From the NCBI GenBank assembly GCA_026026165.1, contig JAPEUD010000040.1, positions 62,001-126,000 of the forward strand: a stretch of DNA of 64,000 nucleotides, read 5' to 3'. Each line of letters opens with the position of its first letter. Within the stretch, counting starts at the first letter, position 1. The translations under genes were made by a program, and so were the position numbers. A model generated the notes under the pieces. The model searched no databases. It was not told the origin of the DNA and worked only from the letters and a program-made list of their open reading frames with translations. The stretch is from Sarea resinae. Taxonomy: Eukaryota. This document shows, one piece after another, positions 1-13,248 of the stretch.

Positions 1-129
1 CGAATGGGGGCTGGGCTGGGCCGCTGGATGGATGGATGGATGGTCGAAACGAGAGCGGATCGACTCCGAGCACAACGAATTCCGCTGCTCGCAAAGGGTT
101 CCGAAACATGTCCCAATCGATTCCGAGAT

Positions 130-212
130 TGAGACGTTCGACGATAAAAGTCCCAAAACTCGCTTGCGTCTCCCCATCGGGCGTTCCGGCCAACTTTCGT
201 CGAACGTCCTCG
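130..212. repeat. Solo copy of the inverted-arm cassette found in the 32-33 kb array
   Basis: TGAGACGTTCGACGATAAAAGTCCCAAAACTCGCTTG...CGTCGAACGTCCTCG; the first 37 nt closely match array unit 9 (TGAGACGTTCAACGAAAAAGGTCCAGAGACTCGCTTG); the right arm has a 1-nt insertion. Confidence 0.8.
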
Positions 213-708
213 AGCGGAAGGCGAGCGCGCCGCCCGAAGCAGCATTATTGCTGTACCTTGGTTGCTGTCTGGTCCGTCTACCCCGAACATTCGGCTCTAT
301 CGATTGACATGAGGACTCTATATATCATTCTATGAGAACACGCAATAGTTTACGAAATTATATTTGCATTTTCGGCTGTACCTGCATGGATTTATACAAG
401 ATTGTTGAAAGTCTCCGAGCATATTATGCCCTCTCCGCGCTACGAATGAAAGGAGGGGCATTTCGGCGGGATAGCGTAGAACGACAAGTCCCTAGCCGGA
501 ATTCGAGAGGCGCCATCTAAGAACGGGACCAGACGTGTATACAGAGAAGATGAAAGACATTGCACCAGAACGCCGGTTTTCTTTCCCCTTCGCTTTCCTG
601 TCCTGTTGGACCCGACCAGATGAAGCCCTCTCTCCACCTCCAAAAAAAAGCTAATTGTAAACGCGCGTGTATTCCATTGTGGTAGGCACAGTGAACCGCC
701 AACCATTT

Positions 709-2079
709 TTATGCTGCCTCAGGCTCTTCCTCCATCTTTCGCTTGGCGGGAACATGTCCATTAGATAGAGCCCCATGTGTAGGTTGAGAGTCTTGAGAGG
801 GCGCCTGCGCGCTTGCAGCTGCAGCTCTATGGCGCTCCTTCGTCGCCTGCATTTCCCTCTCTCGCTCAGCAGCCTGCCTGCTCTTCCAAGCATCGCGGAT
901 CTTCTTCGCAGCACGGATGAGATCGGCCTCCGTAACACGGTCTCTGATGCTCTCAATGACGCTCTCAACAACGCTGATGTGGTTGGCATCTTTCTTGTCG
1001 CCACGGAAGCGCAGGAAGCGCCATCGGTGCTGCGAATCTTGATAGCATTCGACGATCCGGTCGTCGAGTGGCTCGCCCATGCCTTTCATCCGCTCCCATT
1101 CGTCGTCGGCCATGTACATCTGTCCGTAGATCTGCGATTTGTTATTGCCCAGATTCACGGATAAGTTGAAAGTTGGCTTCGCGTCCCAATCCGGATACGG
1201 GCTTGTCATCCCTTCTGCCTCGTCCTCCGAGTCTGGTTCTCGAAGAGGAAACTGGAGGTTGAGTCGAAAGTCGATGGAATTTTCGTTCTCGGGTTTCCAT
1301 TTCAATATGTGCTCGTCCGTGCCAAATTTGTAGGGTGTGTTGCGACAGGTAAAGATAAGTCCATCATTGCCATGAGGCAGATTGGGCAGGATGTCCCGAA
1401 ACATCATCTCGATGCCGTAACTAAACTCCATCTTCTTGAATTCCACCACATATGGAAGATACTGTATCTCCTCCGGGTACTTCTTGTAGAGCGCCCTGTA
1501 GGGGTTGTATACCCTGTCCCTAAAATACGCCAACCGTTTATCCAACGTCCGATGCATGAGGCTATTTCCGTCCAAAACCAAACAGTCGAAGACCAAGTAT
1601 TTGAGCTGTTGGGACCCGTTTGGCATCGTGTCAAGCACCAGCTCGCCGTCAATGACAGTGCCAATGTGGAAGTTCTGGAAGGATTCGTCATCAGGTACCG
1701 GGAAGTGCAAGCCCATGACGAAGTAGTAGTCGTTCTTCCGATCGATCAGGTAGTGAATCTCTTCGCCGTTGTCGCCTTCAGCAAAGTACATCAAACAGCG
1801 GATGCCATCCGACTTCTCACAGACGTAGTAGCTGTTGCACACCACATTTCAACGTCAGCAGAAGCTCATTTCTACCGGAAAGAAGGGAATCTGGCGGATA
1901 TAATATACGCACTCTTGCCTCTGGAGCTCAACGATATGGCGCGCCGCAAAGCTGACTGGCTGAGCGCCCGGGAAATGTAATGAGTTGCGACCCAGCAGGT
2001 CCGCAACCTCTTGGCGAAACTGCTGAGCAAGATGGTGATCTGCCTTGACGCCCGGTATGTCTGGCACCGATCCTCCCAT
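709..2079 (-). CDS. CEG1: mRNA capping enzyme alpha subunit (guanylyltransferase), 2 exons
   Basis: FPGAQPVSF, nucleotidyltransferase motif I EKSDGIR, DGELV, DGLIF, LKWKP; the intron GTGCGT..GCTGAC..CAG joins QRQ-D-YYVCEK. Confidence 0.95.
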
Positions 2080-2846
2080 CTTGTCGGCCTGTCGATCTGT
2101 GCTCTGATCAAAATAGTGATGGGTGCTCCCGCTAATGCTCATGCGCGACTTCCGGCGCCGAAATGTTGATCGTTGAATTTCGTGATTCGATGCGCCAAAT
2201 ACTAGATCATCGCAAAGCCTCTCTCTCGAAGAGGCTTCTCGTCGCGAATGTCATTTCCTATCCTTTGAGAAACGGGGTAGTCACAAGCGCGATGAGACGC
2301 CGAACTATGGGTCAGGTAAACGTTATGCAGGTCGTTGATGGATTATGCGGCGTAGCTAGTGTGCACCGTGTGCTTCCTCATTGTCAAGTTTTAGGAATGC
2401 ATAATGACCGACAAGAGCATAGCCGACGTTCCATGGATCAGTACAGTAGTCGCCTCCAAATATGGGGTAAATGCAAGGTACCACTCATGAATTTCACGGT
2501 ATCAACCCTTTGGGCGACTTCACTCCAGAGTGCCCACAAGTCGAAAAAAACATATTGGCAAATTTAATATGATCACGAAAAGGACCGGATATGATATTCT
2601 GGACAATAGGTCTCCTCCAAAAGACTATAACCTGTAGTCCCACGATAACGCCAACCAGGCCACCACCCCCGCAGATATCAACATCAGCAAAAAAACCAGA
2701 AGATGCGTGTCCTGTACACGAGTCAAGCCCAATCCCCAAATCCCAAATTCCGCCAAACTCCGGACTCTTGCTGAAACTTTCAGATCCATGGGTATCATGA
2801 AGTCCAAAGCCAATGGAGCCAACAAGTCATAAATAAAAAAAAGTGC

Positions 2847-4404
2847 TCAAGCCTGCGCCGACGGTGTGGAAGCCTTTCGAGAATGTTGCGCTTGGCCTGG
2901 AAACATTGCCCTGTTCTGTCCGGCCAATGCCTGCTGCATTAGTGAAGGTCTTCTGCCATTCAATTCATTTGAATCAGCGCCCCCATTGCCAAGAACAGAC
3001 GAAAACCCGTTTCCCGCGCCCATATCTTCGCCTGGTAAGGGAGCCCTGCCACCAGCGTCGCCCGTAGAGAAAAGTCCCCCTCCTCTGCTCCCACCTAGAG
3101 CGCTTGAAAGCATCTCCTTCATCCGTACATATTGATATTTGCGTCGCGTGGAGATGAGAATGCGCTGTTCCAGAGGTTGAGGTCGAGACCGAGAAATAGC
3201 AGCCATCACAGCGTCTTTTTCTTCGTCGGAGTCAACGGGACCAGTAGCCTCGAATTCATCTTGAAGTGGAGCATTTGCATCGATTGCAGCTTCTGCGGGG
3301 TTGTCAGATAATCTAGAATTGCCGATGATGAGCAAACAATCCAATACTTACTCTGCTGCTTGGCTTGGTTCTTCTTCTGGTATTGTGCGAGAAGCATGTC
3401 ATATGGGAGTGATCGGCCGGGGACGGCCCTTTTCGCGCCCATTGAATGACTCTTGCATGTCAAAGATCGAGCGCATTGAGCTCCGTTAGGGAGGACGACA
3501 CCACATTGTCTCTCAACATCAACAGGGCCTGTCGAGTGTTTAGCATGCGGTTCCTACAGATTTTGGGGAGCTGAAGTATATCCTCACCTTTTGGCTTTGG
3601 AACTTTCGGCTTGGGTTCTTCCTTTTTCTTTTTCGCTTTGGGCGGCTTTTCCGCGTCGCCATCGGCCTTTCTTTTCTTGCCCTTCTTCTGCCCATCTTCC
3701 GTGGTGGCTTTCGCAGCGCTTTTCTTGGCTCCTTTCACCTTCTCCTTGACCGCGCTTTCTGCTTCCTCGGCTCCCTTGCCGTTTGGCGTTTCGTCGGCTT
3801 TTGAATCGCCATCCTTTCCCTTCTCCTTCGTATCCTTTTCTCGAGCCAAAGCCGCCTCTTTCTTCTTTTTGTTTCTCTCTTGCCTTTCTTGTCTTTGCTT
3901 TATACACCACTTGATATGATTCGCAATGAAGGCTGTGTGAAAGGGTTTCTTGCAGTGTTTGCACAGTACCGTCTCCGGTTGATCTTCCATCGGCCTGCCG
4001 TTTGGAAATGCAGCGACATCCTTTTCATCAAGCTGATTGACTAGAGGGCTTGGCGAGGTTGGGACGTTCTTGGATGGCGAATCGGTCTTTTTAGGTTCTG
4101 TGAGGTTGTCGACGTGCATCAGCTGTTGGAGCTCGCTTCAGGCTGGCTGGCTCTCTCATCTCACCCATAACTTCTGACTCCTTCCAGTTTCCGGGCTTGC
4201 TTTGTTTGAAACCAGGACGCTTCAGCTTAATGGAGCCAGCGGCCTTATCCTTCCTGTTGAATTTGAGCGCCGACGCATCGATCAAGCTGTTGTCCGAGTT
4301 GGAGGCCACGGACGAAGCTTCAATGAACGACCTGTCAGTTACTTGACCCGAGTGCGACCACGGAGCACGAATTCACCTCTTCTTTTGGGTCCCGCTGAAG
4401 CCAT
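2847..4404 (-). CDS. SGF73: SAGA deubiquitination module subunit Sgf73 (ataxin-7/SCA7 domain), multi-exon
   Basis: Zn finger CKHCKKP..H..C; SCA7 domain [32 protein letters not shown]; exon 1 MASAGPKRR is inferred from splice sites. Confidence 0.9.
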
Positions 4405-4698
4405 GATGATGGAATGATGGACGTGTGAATGCTATCGTGCTATCGCGTGGCTCGAAGTTCTGACGCCTGACTGCTACTTGCCCGGTGTAACATCACGAAC
4501 ACCCACCTCAACCAGTTCTGATGTTATCAGTCGGCGATCTCCCGGTCGCCGCACGCAGTCGCGCTAGACCTATTTCGGCTGCTTCGCCTCCAGTCTTCAG
4601 CCTTAACTGCCCCCTATCGTCTACGTAATACCCCGCATATTCTACTCGGAGTATCGTTCAGATTTAAAGTCATCGGTCATCAAATCTCAGTTTAAGAT

Positions 4699-6370
4699 TC
4701 ATTTATATTTGGAAAAGCACAGGCTTGAGTTGGTTCCACCGAAGCCAAAGCTATTGGAGACTGCCACATTTATCGTGCGCTCTTGCGGACTGCGCGGTAC
4801 GTAATTGCAGTCGAATTCCCCATCGTCGGGATCTCCCGGATTGCCAGGATTATTCAGATTCAACGTTGGGGGTAGAATACCCTGACAGAACTATCAGTCC
4901 ATAATATTCTAGATTTGGAAGGTTGGCTTGACTTGTACCTCTTGAACGGCCTTTATGGAAAATATCGCTTCCACTGCCCCAGCTGCGCCGAGCAGATGTC
5001 CAATTGCCCCTTTCGTGCTGCTCATATTCACCTCGGAAGCTTTGTTCTTTCCATGCTCTCCTAGTAGCAGCGCCTTGATTGCTAGATTTTCCGCTGCGTC
5101 TCCCAGCGCAGTCGAGGTTGCATGTGCGTTGACATAATCTATTGCGGATGGGCTCACGCCAGCATGTCTCAAGGCGCGCTTCATAGCCAACAGTGCGCCT
5201 TCACCAGCTTCACGTGGTGCCGTCATATGATAAGCATCAGATGAAAGACCGTACCCTTTAAGTTCTGCGTAGATGTGTGCTCCACGAGCTTTTGCATGCT
5301 CGAGCTCCTGATATGATACTGTCAATGATTGCGTGAGATGGAGGGATCAAGGGTACCCACTTCTAGAACCACCACGCCAGCTCCCTCGCCGATGACAAAA
5401 CCGCACCTGTCTCGGTCAAAAGGTCTCGATGCAAGGTGCGGCGTATCATTGTACTCAGTGGCCAAACTCCTTGCGCGAGCGAAACCCGCCACAGCAAGAG
5501 GATGGATGCATGATTCTGCACCTCCGGCAACCATAACATCCGCATCCCCGAAAGCTATGAAGCGCGAAGCGTCGCCTATTGCATGCGCTCCAGTCGTGCA
5601 CGCCGTAGTCACAGCATGATTGGGGCCCTACTAAGGTCAATAAACGCTAGTTGAGCAGCGTAGAAGAGATCTACTTTGAAGCCATATCTCATTGATATAT
5701 GCCCTGCAGCGAGATTTATCAAGAGCCTTGGCACGAAGAGAGGCGACACTTTTTTATAGCCCTGAGAAGAATCGGCATGAGCATTTGAGAATCATAATGG
5801 AGTGGTGCAGACTTACTCCTTTATCAAACAAGATCGAGGTATCATATACATCTTGAAAGTTGCCGATTCCAGAGCCCACGCATATGCCCTGCCGGAAGGG
5901 TCAGCAGAAGTATTCAGACATCGCATGGGCACTTGTCCGGGAAATCCACCGTAGCTTCGAGATCTTCCTCACCAGTAGGTTTCCATCCTGCATCTTCCAA
6001 GGCCTCCTCGGAAGCGGCCATAGCATACTGCGCAAAAGTCGCCATTCGCCGCTCGTCCTATATATTTCAGCGGATGAAAAGCATAGAAGTCAGAGCTCAC
6101 ATACTCCAGGCTTCAGCCATTCTTTCAAGTCCCATCCTCCCTGCTCTTTTGATCCTTCCGGAATTACGGCGGCGACCTGGCAAGGCAGGGTCGCAAATTG
6201 CGGCCCTCGCTTCTTCAGGGAAACAATGCCGCAATGGCCGTCAAGCAATCGAGTCCATGAACGTCGGACACCTGATATGGTGAGAACTGGCTAGGAGCTC
6301 TGGAAGGGTAGCACATACCCACTCCGAGTGGCGTTATTGCCCCTAAGCCGGTTACTACTACTCTTCGCAT
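4699..6370 (-). CDS. CEM1: Mitochondrial beta-ketoacyl-ACP synthase (FabF/OXSM type), multi-exon
   Basis: N-terminus [27 protein letters not shown] (catalytic Cys), [31 protein letters not shown] near the C-terminus. Confidence 0.93.
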
Positions 6371-7097
6371 TGCATCTTGCTCAACATCTGGTCGTTACAA
6401 TAGTATTGTGTACCCAGAAGCTTGAGCTGTATGGATAAGGTATACATTGACATTCCAAGCCAGCATCAAATTAAGCGACGACGCTATGCCCGGGACTTTC
6501 ACGGCTTCAATTGATTACACTAGCTTCAATCTGATAAGATAACACAACATCCTCTATCTCCTACCTTACTCGACTATGTGCGAACTGTGGAAGGACGGGA
6601 ATTACTTTACGATCAACGAGCTTGAGATCGATAAGATAGATGTGATAGATTTTGAGCAAAGCTTGCTCTGTGCTCAGTAGTGAAAATATTTGTTAAATTA
6701 TGATGAAATTCCAGTCTAGATTTGCCTCGAGCCCAAATCAAATATCTTATACATACGTTCTCGGATTTTTTTGAATGGCGGGTAGAGTCATAAAGGGCCA
6801 TACTTCCTCGAAAATGGTATCTATAAACGTCAATATACATTAATCGTAAGACATGGCCAATAATTCGACGATCGGTGCATTGGAATGCAAAGTAGCATCC
6901 CGGCGCTCTGACGGGGTTCTCGTCCGGCAGTCGCAGCATGCAATCATCCACTCATCCACTCATAGCGGCCACTAATTCTATCGTTTATTTGCATAGATTT
7001 GTCTGTGGCATATACATCCATTATCTATCTACGGAAATCCTGTTTTTATAGGAGCTTCTTTGATTAGTAGGTAGAATGAAGCCTGCCCGAGACCACC

Positions 7098-8071
7098 TCA
7101 TAAAAGCGTTTGATATGGCGGGTGGACAAACGGAAGGCTCTCCGGGGTCTGATCGGGCCATGATTCCCGGATAGTCTTTAGAACTTCTTGGAAGAGTAAC
7201 TCATATGCCTTGGGGCTGAAATGCAGGCCTTTTCCAGACCACATTAGTGAGAGGTATGGCGCGTGGCAAGACGTGAAGACTCACCATCACGTAGGTGTCC
7301 TTGAAGGAACAAATTCTGGCCAGCGGCCTTGGATCCAGGGAGTGGTTGCCCTTCTTGCCACCCAGCGGCCTTGACCATAGTCGTCCACAGATCGAGTACG
7401 GCCACATTCAGTTCTCGGCCAACTTCTCGAGCAGCATCCGCATACAATCTGGTGTGTTCAGCCGTGCGGCGAGGCTCTGTAATTCCGTATTGCGCATCAT
7501 CTCGCTCCAGAGCAAATTCGTCCACTGGTGGGGGGGTGATGAGAATCAGCCTAGGGTTTTGGCGTTCAACGGCTGGATGTGTGAGAGTGGCAAATAGATT
7601 CGCCCTATACTGAGCCAGAGGTACATGTTGCTTGCTCACGGAACCTGGCAGACAAGAGTCATTGGCACCCAGGAATACGGTCTACAGAATATTAGAGGTA
7701 GAGCTCGATAGATTGATTTAGGAGGAATGGTTGACCATGAAACGTAGTTTAGCTTGTTCGGGCGAAGGGACAATCTCTGGAAGGACGTCTAATGCTAAGG
7801 TTGAGGTGTAACCGCTTTGCAATGGTCAGTCAAGGGTGAGGCATGTGAATTCTAGACTGATACCTGAATCCGCGATTGATGATGTCCAGACGTCGGATGT
7901 AAGCTGCACATGCAGAGCGGACCGAATTAGTGACCCTTGTCATTCAATATGGCCCAAGCAAACAGACGTACCATTCTGCAGGGCAGGAGCAAAGGCAAAA
8001 CCGCGGTCCTGACTTGATGATTGTTGAGTTAACGAATCCCCAAATAACAGGAATTGATCGTATGGGGCCAT
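7098..8071 (-). CDS. SGNH/GDSL hydrolase, isoamyl-acetate-hydrolysing esterase-like, multi-exon
   Basis: FLLFGDSLTQ (block I), NRGFSGYTS, FLGANDS (block III), LITPPPVDE, DG-LH near the C-terminus; Iah1-like. Confidence 0.88.
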
Positions 8072-9689
8072 GGGGTGAGATTTCGAAAATACGACCAGCT
8101 TTTCCCGTGAGCCCCTGGAAATACTGCAGAATGGCGGGGTCCGGGGTACGGGGGGCTCGGTAAGATGCTGTTTCCTGTTGTACTCCGAGTACTCTGGAGT
8201 ATGCAAGAGGGCATCTCTAAGCCCGAGAGCCCCTGCAGACGGGTTGGTGACACAACAACGCCGAACGATCCGATCGAAACCAAAGCCAGAGCTTGTATGC
8301 TGAGCTATCAACAAGAGCTTCTGCGAATACCTTGGTGGGGCATATGACCTTTTACTGAAGGATCGCAAAGGGATCAATTCTAGTGATAATTCAACTCTGA
8401 TACAACTCGGAACTCCACCAAACGCCTTATAGTATTCAGAACAGCGATGAAGAAAGAGAGAAAGGGGAGACGAGAACGGCGCAACATTTATTGGATTCAC
8501 AAACATTCAACTCCTAAGAATTATTTTGATTGGTCACGGCTATAACATCTATACCCTCTCTGTCTGTTCCTACAGATTATCTGAGGGGCTAATAGCGCTT
8601 GAACAACAAATAGCTCAAGATCTCCGGGGCTATATTGCGAGCAAGCCATGACTAGGCAAGCAAGGGTCATAATCAATGGCTATCACAATAAAAAGGCAGT
8701 TCCAGTCGTGAAGGGTACCTAACTAGCGCAATCCGCGAAGCTCTACAGCATGGGTACGTGACTATCGCCCTTTCACCCACCCCTGGCAGCATGTAAGTTC
8801 TCACGACGGCCTTAAGCCTTCATCTTCAGCCGCAATGTTCGCATCAGAGATCTTTGTTTTCCCTTCTAGTGAGGCGGCGCCAATCAAGTTGAGCCAAGTT
8901 CCTTGCCAAACGAGATCGACGGCCCGTTCTACGATCGAATAATCGTCCCACGCTGACATTGTGTTACGATGGCAGGGGTTGCAACGTCTCCGGCTGGCTT
9001 ATTGCCGCAAAGGAATGTTGTATAACGTCCGTGCATTGTGGCACAAATCACGGATGCAAGCATTTCATGGAAGGAGCTTTTTGATAGAAGGAGCATCTTT
9101 GTTCAACAACTACTCCATTGATTCCAAAGGTTCACAGCTCGCAGTGTCATCGTAGTCACCAATAGGACATCCTTGGACGGGATGATTTACTCCGTTGCTG
9201 ACCCCTTAAGACTCCTCTAACCCATCCTACTGCCGAAGTGCTCTTCTGTGTTGCTTTTAGACCACCAGAGTAGTGCCCGACCTGGATAATGCGATTCCTT
9301 CGTCGAGCGATTGGAATTCAGTAGCCTTTGTGGTACGCGGCGAAGGGTTGTCCCGATAGGAGTGGTTGAAAGGGAGTAACTTATGCGCGAATTTCCATTT
9401 CAGGGCTCTACTGCCGGAAAGTGTGTCACCTATACGTGTTTCTTACGCCGACGGAGCGTAAGACTTCGATAAGCCCGAGAAGAGACATGAAAAAGCAATA
9501 AGGGGAGAGGGGGACCGTGGTCCAAAGACAAACCTATAAAAAGGAGATACAATCTCGCTGGAAACCGAGTATATTTCTAACAACAGCTCTTTCCTGAAGC
9601 TGATAGCATATTTCTGGACAAATCCGTCCTCGGACTCTCAACCTCCCGGCCCACCACAAGCCAGTTCCATCGATCAATCCACTGACAAC

Positions 9690-9992
9690 ATGCGTGTGGC
9701 AATACTCGTCTCCACACTCCTCGCCACCATGGCGGTCGCTATGCCGGCCCCGGTCGAAACTCTCGAAGACCATGCGGCGGCCATGAATTTAGCCCCTAGA
9801 GCTGAAGATATTGCGGATGGATGTCCTGGTGGTGGCCCTGGCAATGCCTGCCCGTGGGGATATTTTCAGGTCAGTACCCTCCTTTTCCAGCAGCAGATGG
9901 GACAAAGAGCAGCAGGCTGATAGCGAGAACGAGTCGTTATGAGATAGTGCTTTGGCCAATGCTACCAGTGCGGCAGGGCCTGTACTGGCTAG
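9690..9992 (+). CDS. Small secreted cysteine-rich peptide (74 aa; exons 9690-9869 and 9948-9992)
   Basis: Signal peptide MRVAILVSTLLATMAVA, pro-region ending LAPR, intron GTCAGT..GCTGAT..TAG, exon 2 CFGQCYQCGRACTG*; 6 Cys in total. Confidence 0.75.
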
Positions 9993-10649
9993 ACAACAGT
10001 TGGCAGACTCGAAAGGTAAAGATTCCCCAATCGACCTATGTCTATTCAGGTCAAAACCTTCATTCACTTATAGGGGTCGAATGTGTAGGCAACCCAGACC
10101 TTGGACGAGATACGACACTGAAGACAGCTCGGTATGGATGGATGTCTGAGTTTTCCTTTTGTCGCGAGGGTTTGACGTAGCGACTAGCGGCTGAATAGGG
10201 TGTTATTTACTATCGCTCAACTCGAAGTCAATACGCGGCATGAACTCGCTCAGCTCATTCTGCGTCTATGAACCCTTAGTACCGCTGCCTTAGAGAATGA
10301 AACCAATACGATAATAGTGCAGTTATCTCCCTATATACAGGTATATTGCCCTATATACAGGTGAACGGCCTCATTCCGTGGAGCATTTGCTGCAATTCCT
10401 ATGGAATTTACGGCTGAGACTTTGACTCGCAATCGGAAACTTGATAAACGTGAAGATCGCACCGGATTTGAGCCAAAATTATCATGACGTACAATGTCGC
10501 TACGCCCGATACTGGCCGCTGAAGACACGGCAGCTGCTCTAATCTCACTGAGGCGCGATGAGGCACCGTAGCCCATGGCAGGATCTCCACACCTTTCGAG
10601 AATGCTGACTTTATGCTACCCCTCCCAGTGGCAATGGCTCAATGTTCCT

Positions 10650-12370
10650 CTAATGGCTCTTTCGAACCGGCTTCCATTCCATACCAATCGCTCCCACGGC
10701 GGACAGGCAAGCCACGATGAGAGATACCTGAAAAGGCCGGGTGAGGGCAGTATTGTAAACAATGAGAGTCTTTCTCAGATCCTCAGGATCTGTGATCAGT
10801 CTCTTGATCTCCGTAGCTCCCGCTTAAATCACAGACTCTGCGTCCACGCCGGCGATCTTGGAAAGTCCACTCTTAAGATGATTTGTGAATATGCTCTGGC
10901 TGACGGACACGAGAAGTGCCCCTCCCAGAAGCTCGAAGAACAGTATAGTGGCAGTCCCGGTTGGAACGTCACTCAGTGGGAGCACGGTCTGAGCAGCCAT
11001 GAGGGGTTGCTGGAACCCAGATCCAGTCCCAAAGCCGAAGATAATTTGGTACCCAATCCATTGCCTCGAGGGTGTGTGAATAGAAAAGGTTGTCAGCATG
11101 CCAGCACCAATTGCCATCATGACCGTAGATGCGTAAGTGAATGGCATGTAATATCCGATTGTCACGGTCAGAACGCCCGCAAGAAGACTGGAGAGGGTTT
11201 GAGAAAGGATCAAAGGGATATTGTCGATGCCGGATTGCATGGCGCTGGTGCGTTGAATAGACTAGAGAGAAGAACGAGCCACCTAAACAGAAACTGAACC
11301 AAGAGCCGAAGATGATACTACGATAGGATACAATGCGTGGAGGAATTGCCAGTCAATTAGCGTTTGGTGCATCCCTTCCGCGCAGCACTAACCTGTGGCG
11401 TCGTCTTTTTGCAAGAATTGAACGCCAACAAAGGCGACTAGAAGAACACCAAATACTACGAACAAGGAAAAAACTCTGCCATCGCTCCATGGATAGGTGG
11501 TGCCACCCCATTGCAAGGCCAGCAGTAAACAGACGATGGCAGGGATAAAAAGGACCGTTCCGATTGGATCAAATTGCAATAGGCGTCCCTTAATTCCGAT
11601 GGATGTTCCTCGCTCGTGAGCGGGCGACGTGAAAAAGAAGAGAAGGATAGCAGCAGTGATAGCTCCCACTGGAATTGTCAGCCCAAATCCGGACCTGGAA
11701 TACAATCGGCAGGCTTTCGCAAAATATGCATGCTGACTCTCCTAGTAATAAGGTTTGAGTGAAGAGGAATCCACTCACATGGGAGATTGATGTAGAAGCA
11801 CCAACGCCAAGTAGCATGGTCGGTAAAGACTCCTCCCAATAGCGGCCCAACAACACTGGCGATGCCGTACGTCCCTCCAACGAGACCAGTGTATATGGGA
11901 CGTTTCTCAAGGGGTACTGTGTACACGATGATGATCTGGGCTCCAGAAAATATACCAGCAGAACCTAGTCCAGCGATGGCTCTCCCAACTATGAGAGCCG
12001 TGGAATTGGGAGCCGCTCCGCATACAAGGGAACCAACTTCAAAGATAGCGAGGGCAGACAGGAATGTCCATTTGACGTTAAATTGGCTGCAAAACTTGCC
12101 GAAGAGGAGCTGAAAGGCGCACGTAGTGAGTAAGTAAACTGAGCCGTACCAGCCGACGTCACCTAGAGCCTCGAATTGATCGGTGATGCGTGGGATTGCA
12201 GTAGCGATGATGGTGTTATCGAGTGAGACGCAGAAGACTGCGAGCGAAGCCGCTAGATTTATTGTCACCAGTTTTAAGCTGCTGGGATATCGTGGTATGT
12301 CTTCGCCCGGTACGTGCTCGCATCCCTCATCAGAGGGTCTGATAAGCTCCGCTGCTTTCGAAAACTCCAT
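10650..12370 (-). pseudogene. MFS drug/toxin efflux pump (14-TMS DHA2/AflT-like), inactivated
   Basis: LDNTIIATAIPRITDQF, WYGSVYLL, GRAIAGLG, WRWCFYINLP, C-terminal GMEWKPV; the second intron acceptor reads CAA (11346-11348), there is a frameshift near 11255 and an in-frame TAA at 10824-10826. Confidence 0.85.
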
Positions 12371-13248
12371 GTCTGGTGAAGTTTGGCCGATATCAGAAGT
12401 AGGACCGAAAGGCGATATCGTGTCTCTGCCTTTGGCAATGTTGAGGGATGACCCTATCGAGGACTTGTCGAATATAAACCTTGAGATCCTTTCAAACAGA
12501 GATCAGGAGCCACAGGAGTCGAAAGGAACGATAGGTCTCGTAAGGAGCGGCTGTTTGGATTCGAGACGGCCGAGGTAGCTATTATTTGGTCTCGACAATG
12601 ATACTGATACGAGCAATCATGGCAGTATTTATATAGCATCATCATTGCATAAGGGCAGCAAGCCTCCCAGCCGTATCTAGTCCGTTCTCTTTGCATATTG
12701 GCGATCATGAAAGTCAATCAGGAACACACGAGACTGAAGCAATTTGGTATGATGGTGACATCGCATATAACTTGTGTGGAATGTACTCAATGTACTCCGG
12801 AGTAGTTGATCCGCGCAGGGTTACCGAGGACCTACGCCAAACAAGGGTCGAGGGGCCTTGTCATTGGCTACTGCTTGCGGTAGCCGACTGCGCTAAGACT
12901 GTTGACAGCGGATGACTCATGCTGTCTCATTCCGTCTCATCCTCGATCGAGTTGGACGCATCGTGAGATATCGCACGAAAGGTGCAGGCCGTCTTGAATA
13001 GGCCATGGGGCTGCATCTCGATTGCTATGAAGGTGATAGCGAAGCGCCAAAGGGGCGTAATACTCTCTACCTGCACATTCCCCCACTGCGGGACTACAAG
13101 GAACCCTTTCTATGAGTCCTGGACCAGGTTTTGCTTAAGGGTATGCTATTGATATAGAAGCAGCAGGACCGCGAGGCAATCTCTTAGGCCTTGACATACG
13201 AGACAGAAGAGAGAGAGAGCAAATCAATCAGATGCCAGCCCGGAGAGA

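Noticed and set aside
10575..11297. 240-aa plus-strand ORF and other long antisense ORFs (e.g. 1309-1980, 30549-31526, 51367-52053)
   Set aside because: Antisense shadows of recognisable genes on the opposite strand
12912..12920. Perfect Gcn4/AP-1 site ATGACTCAT
   Set aside because: A single occurrence upstream of a pseudogene; cannot be distinguished from chance
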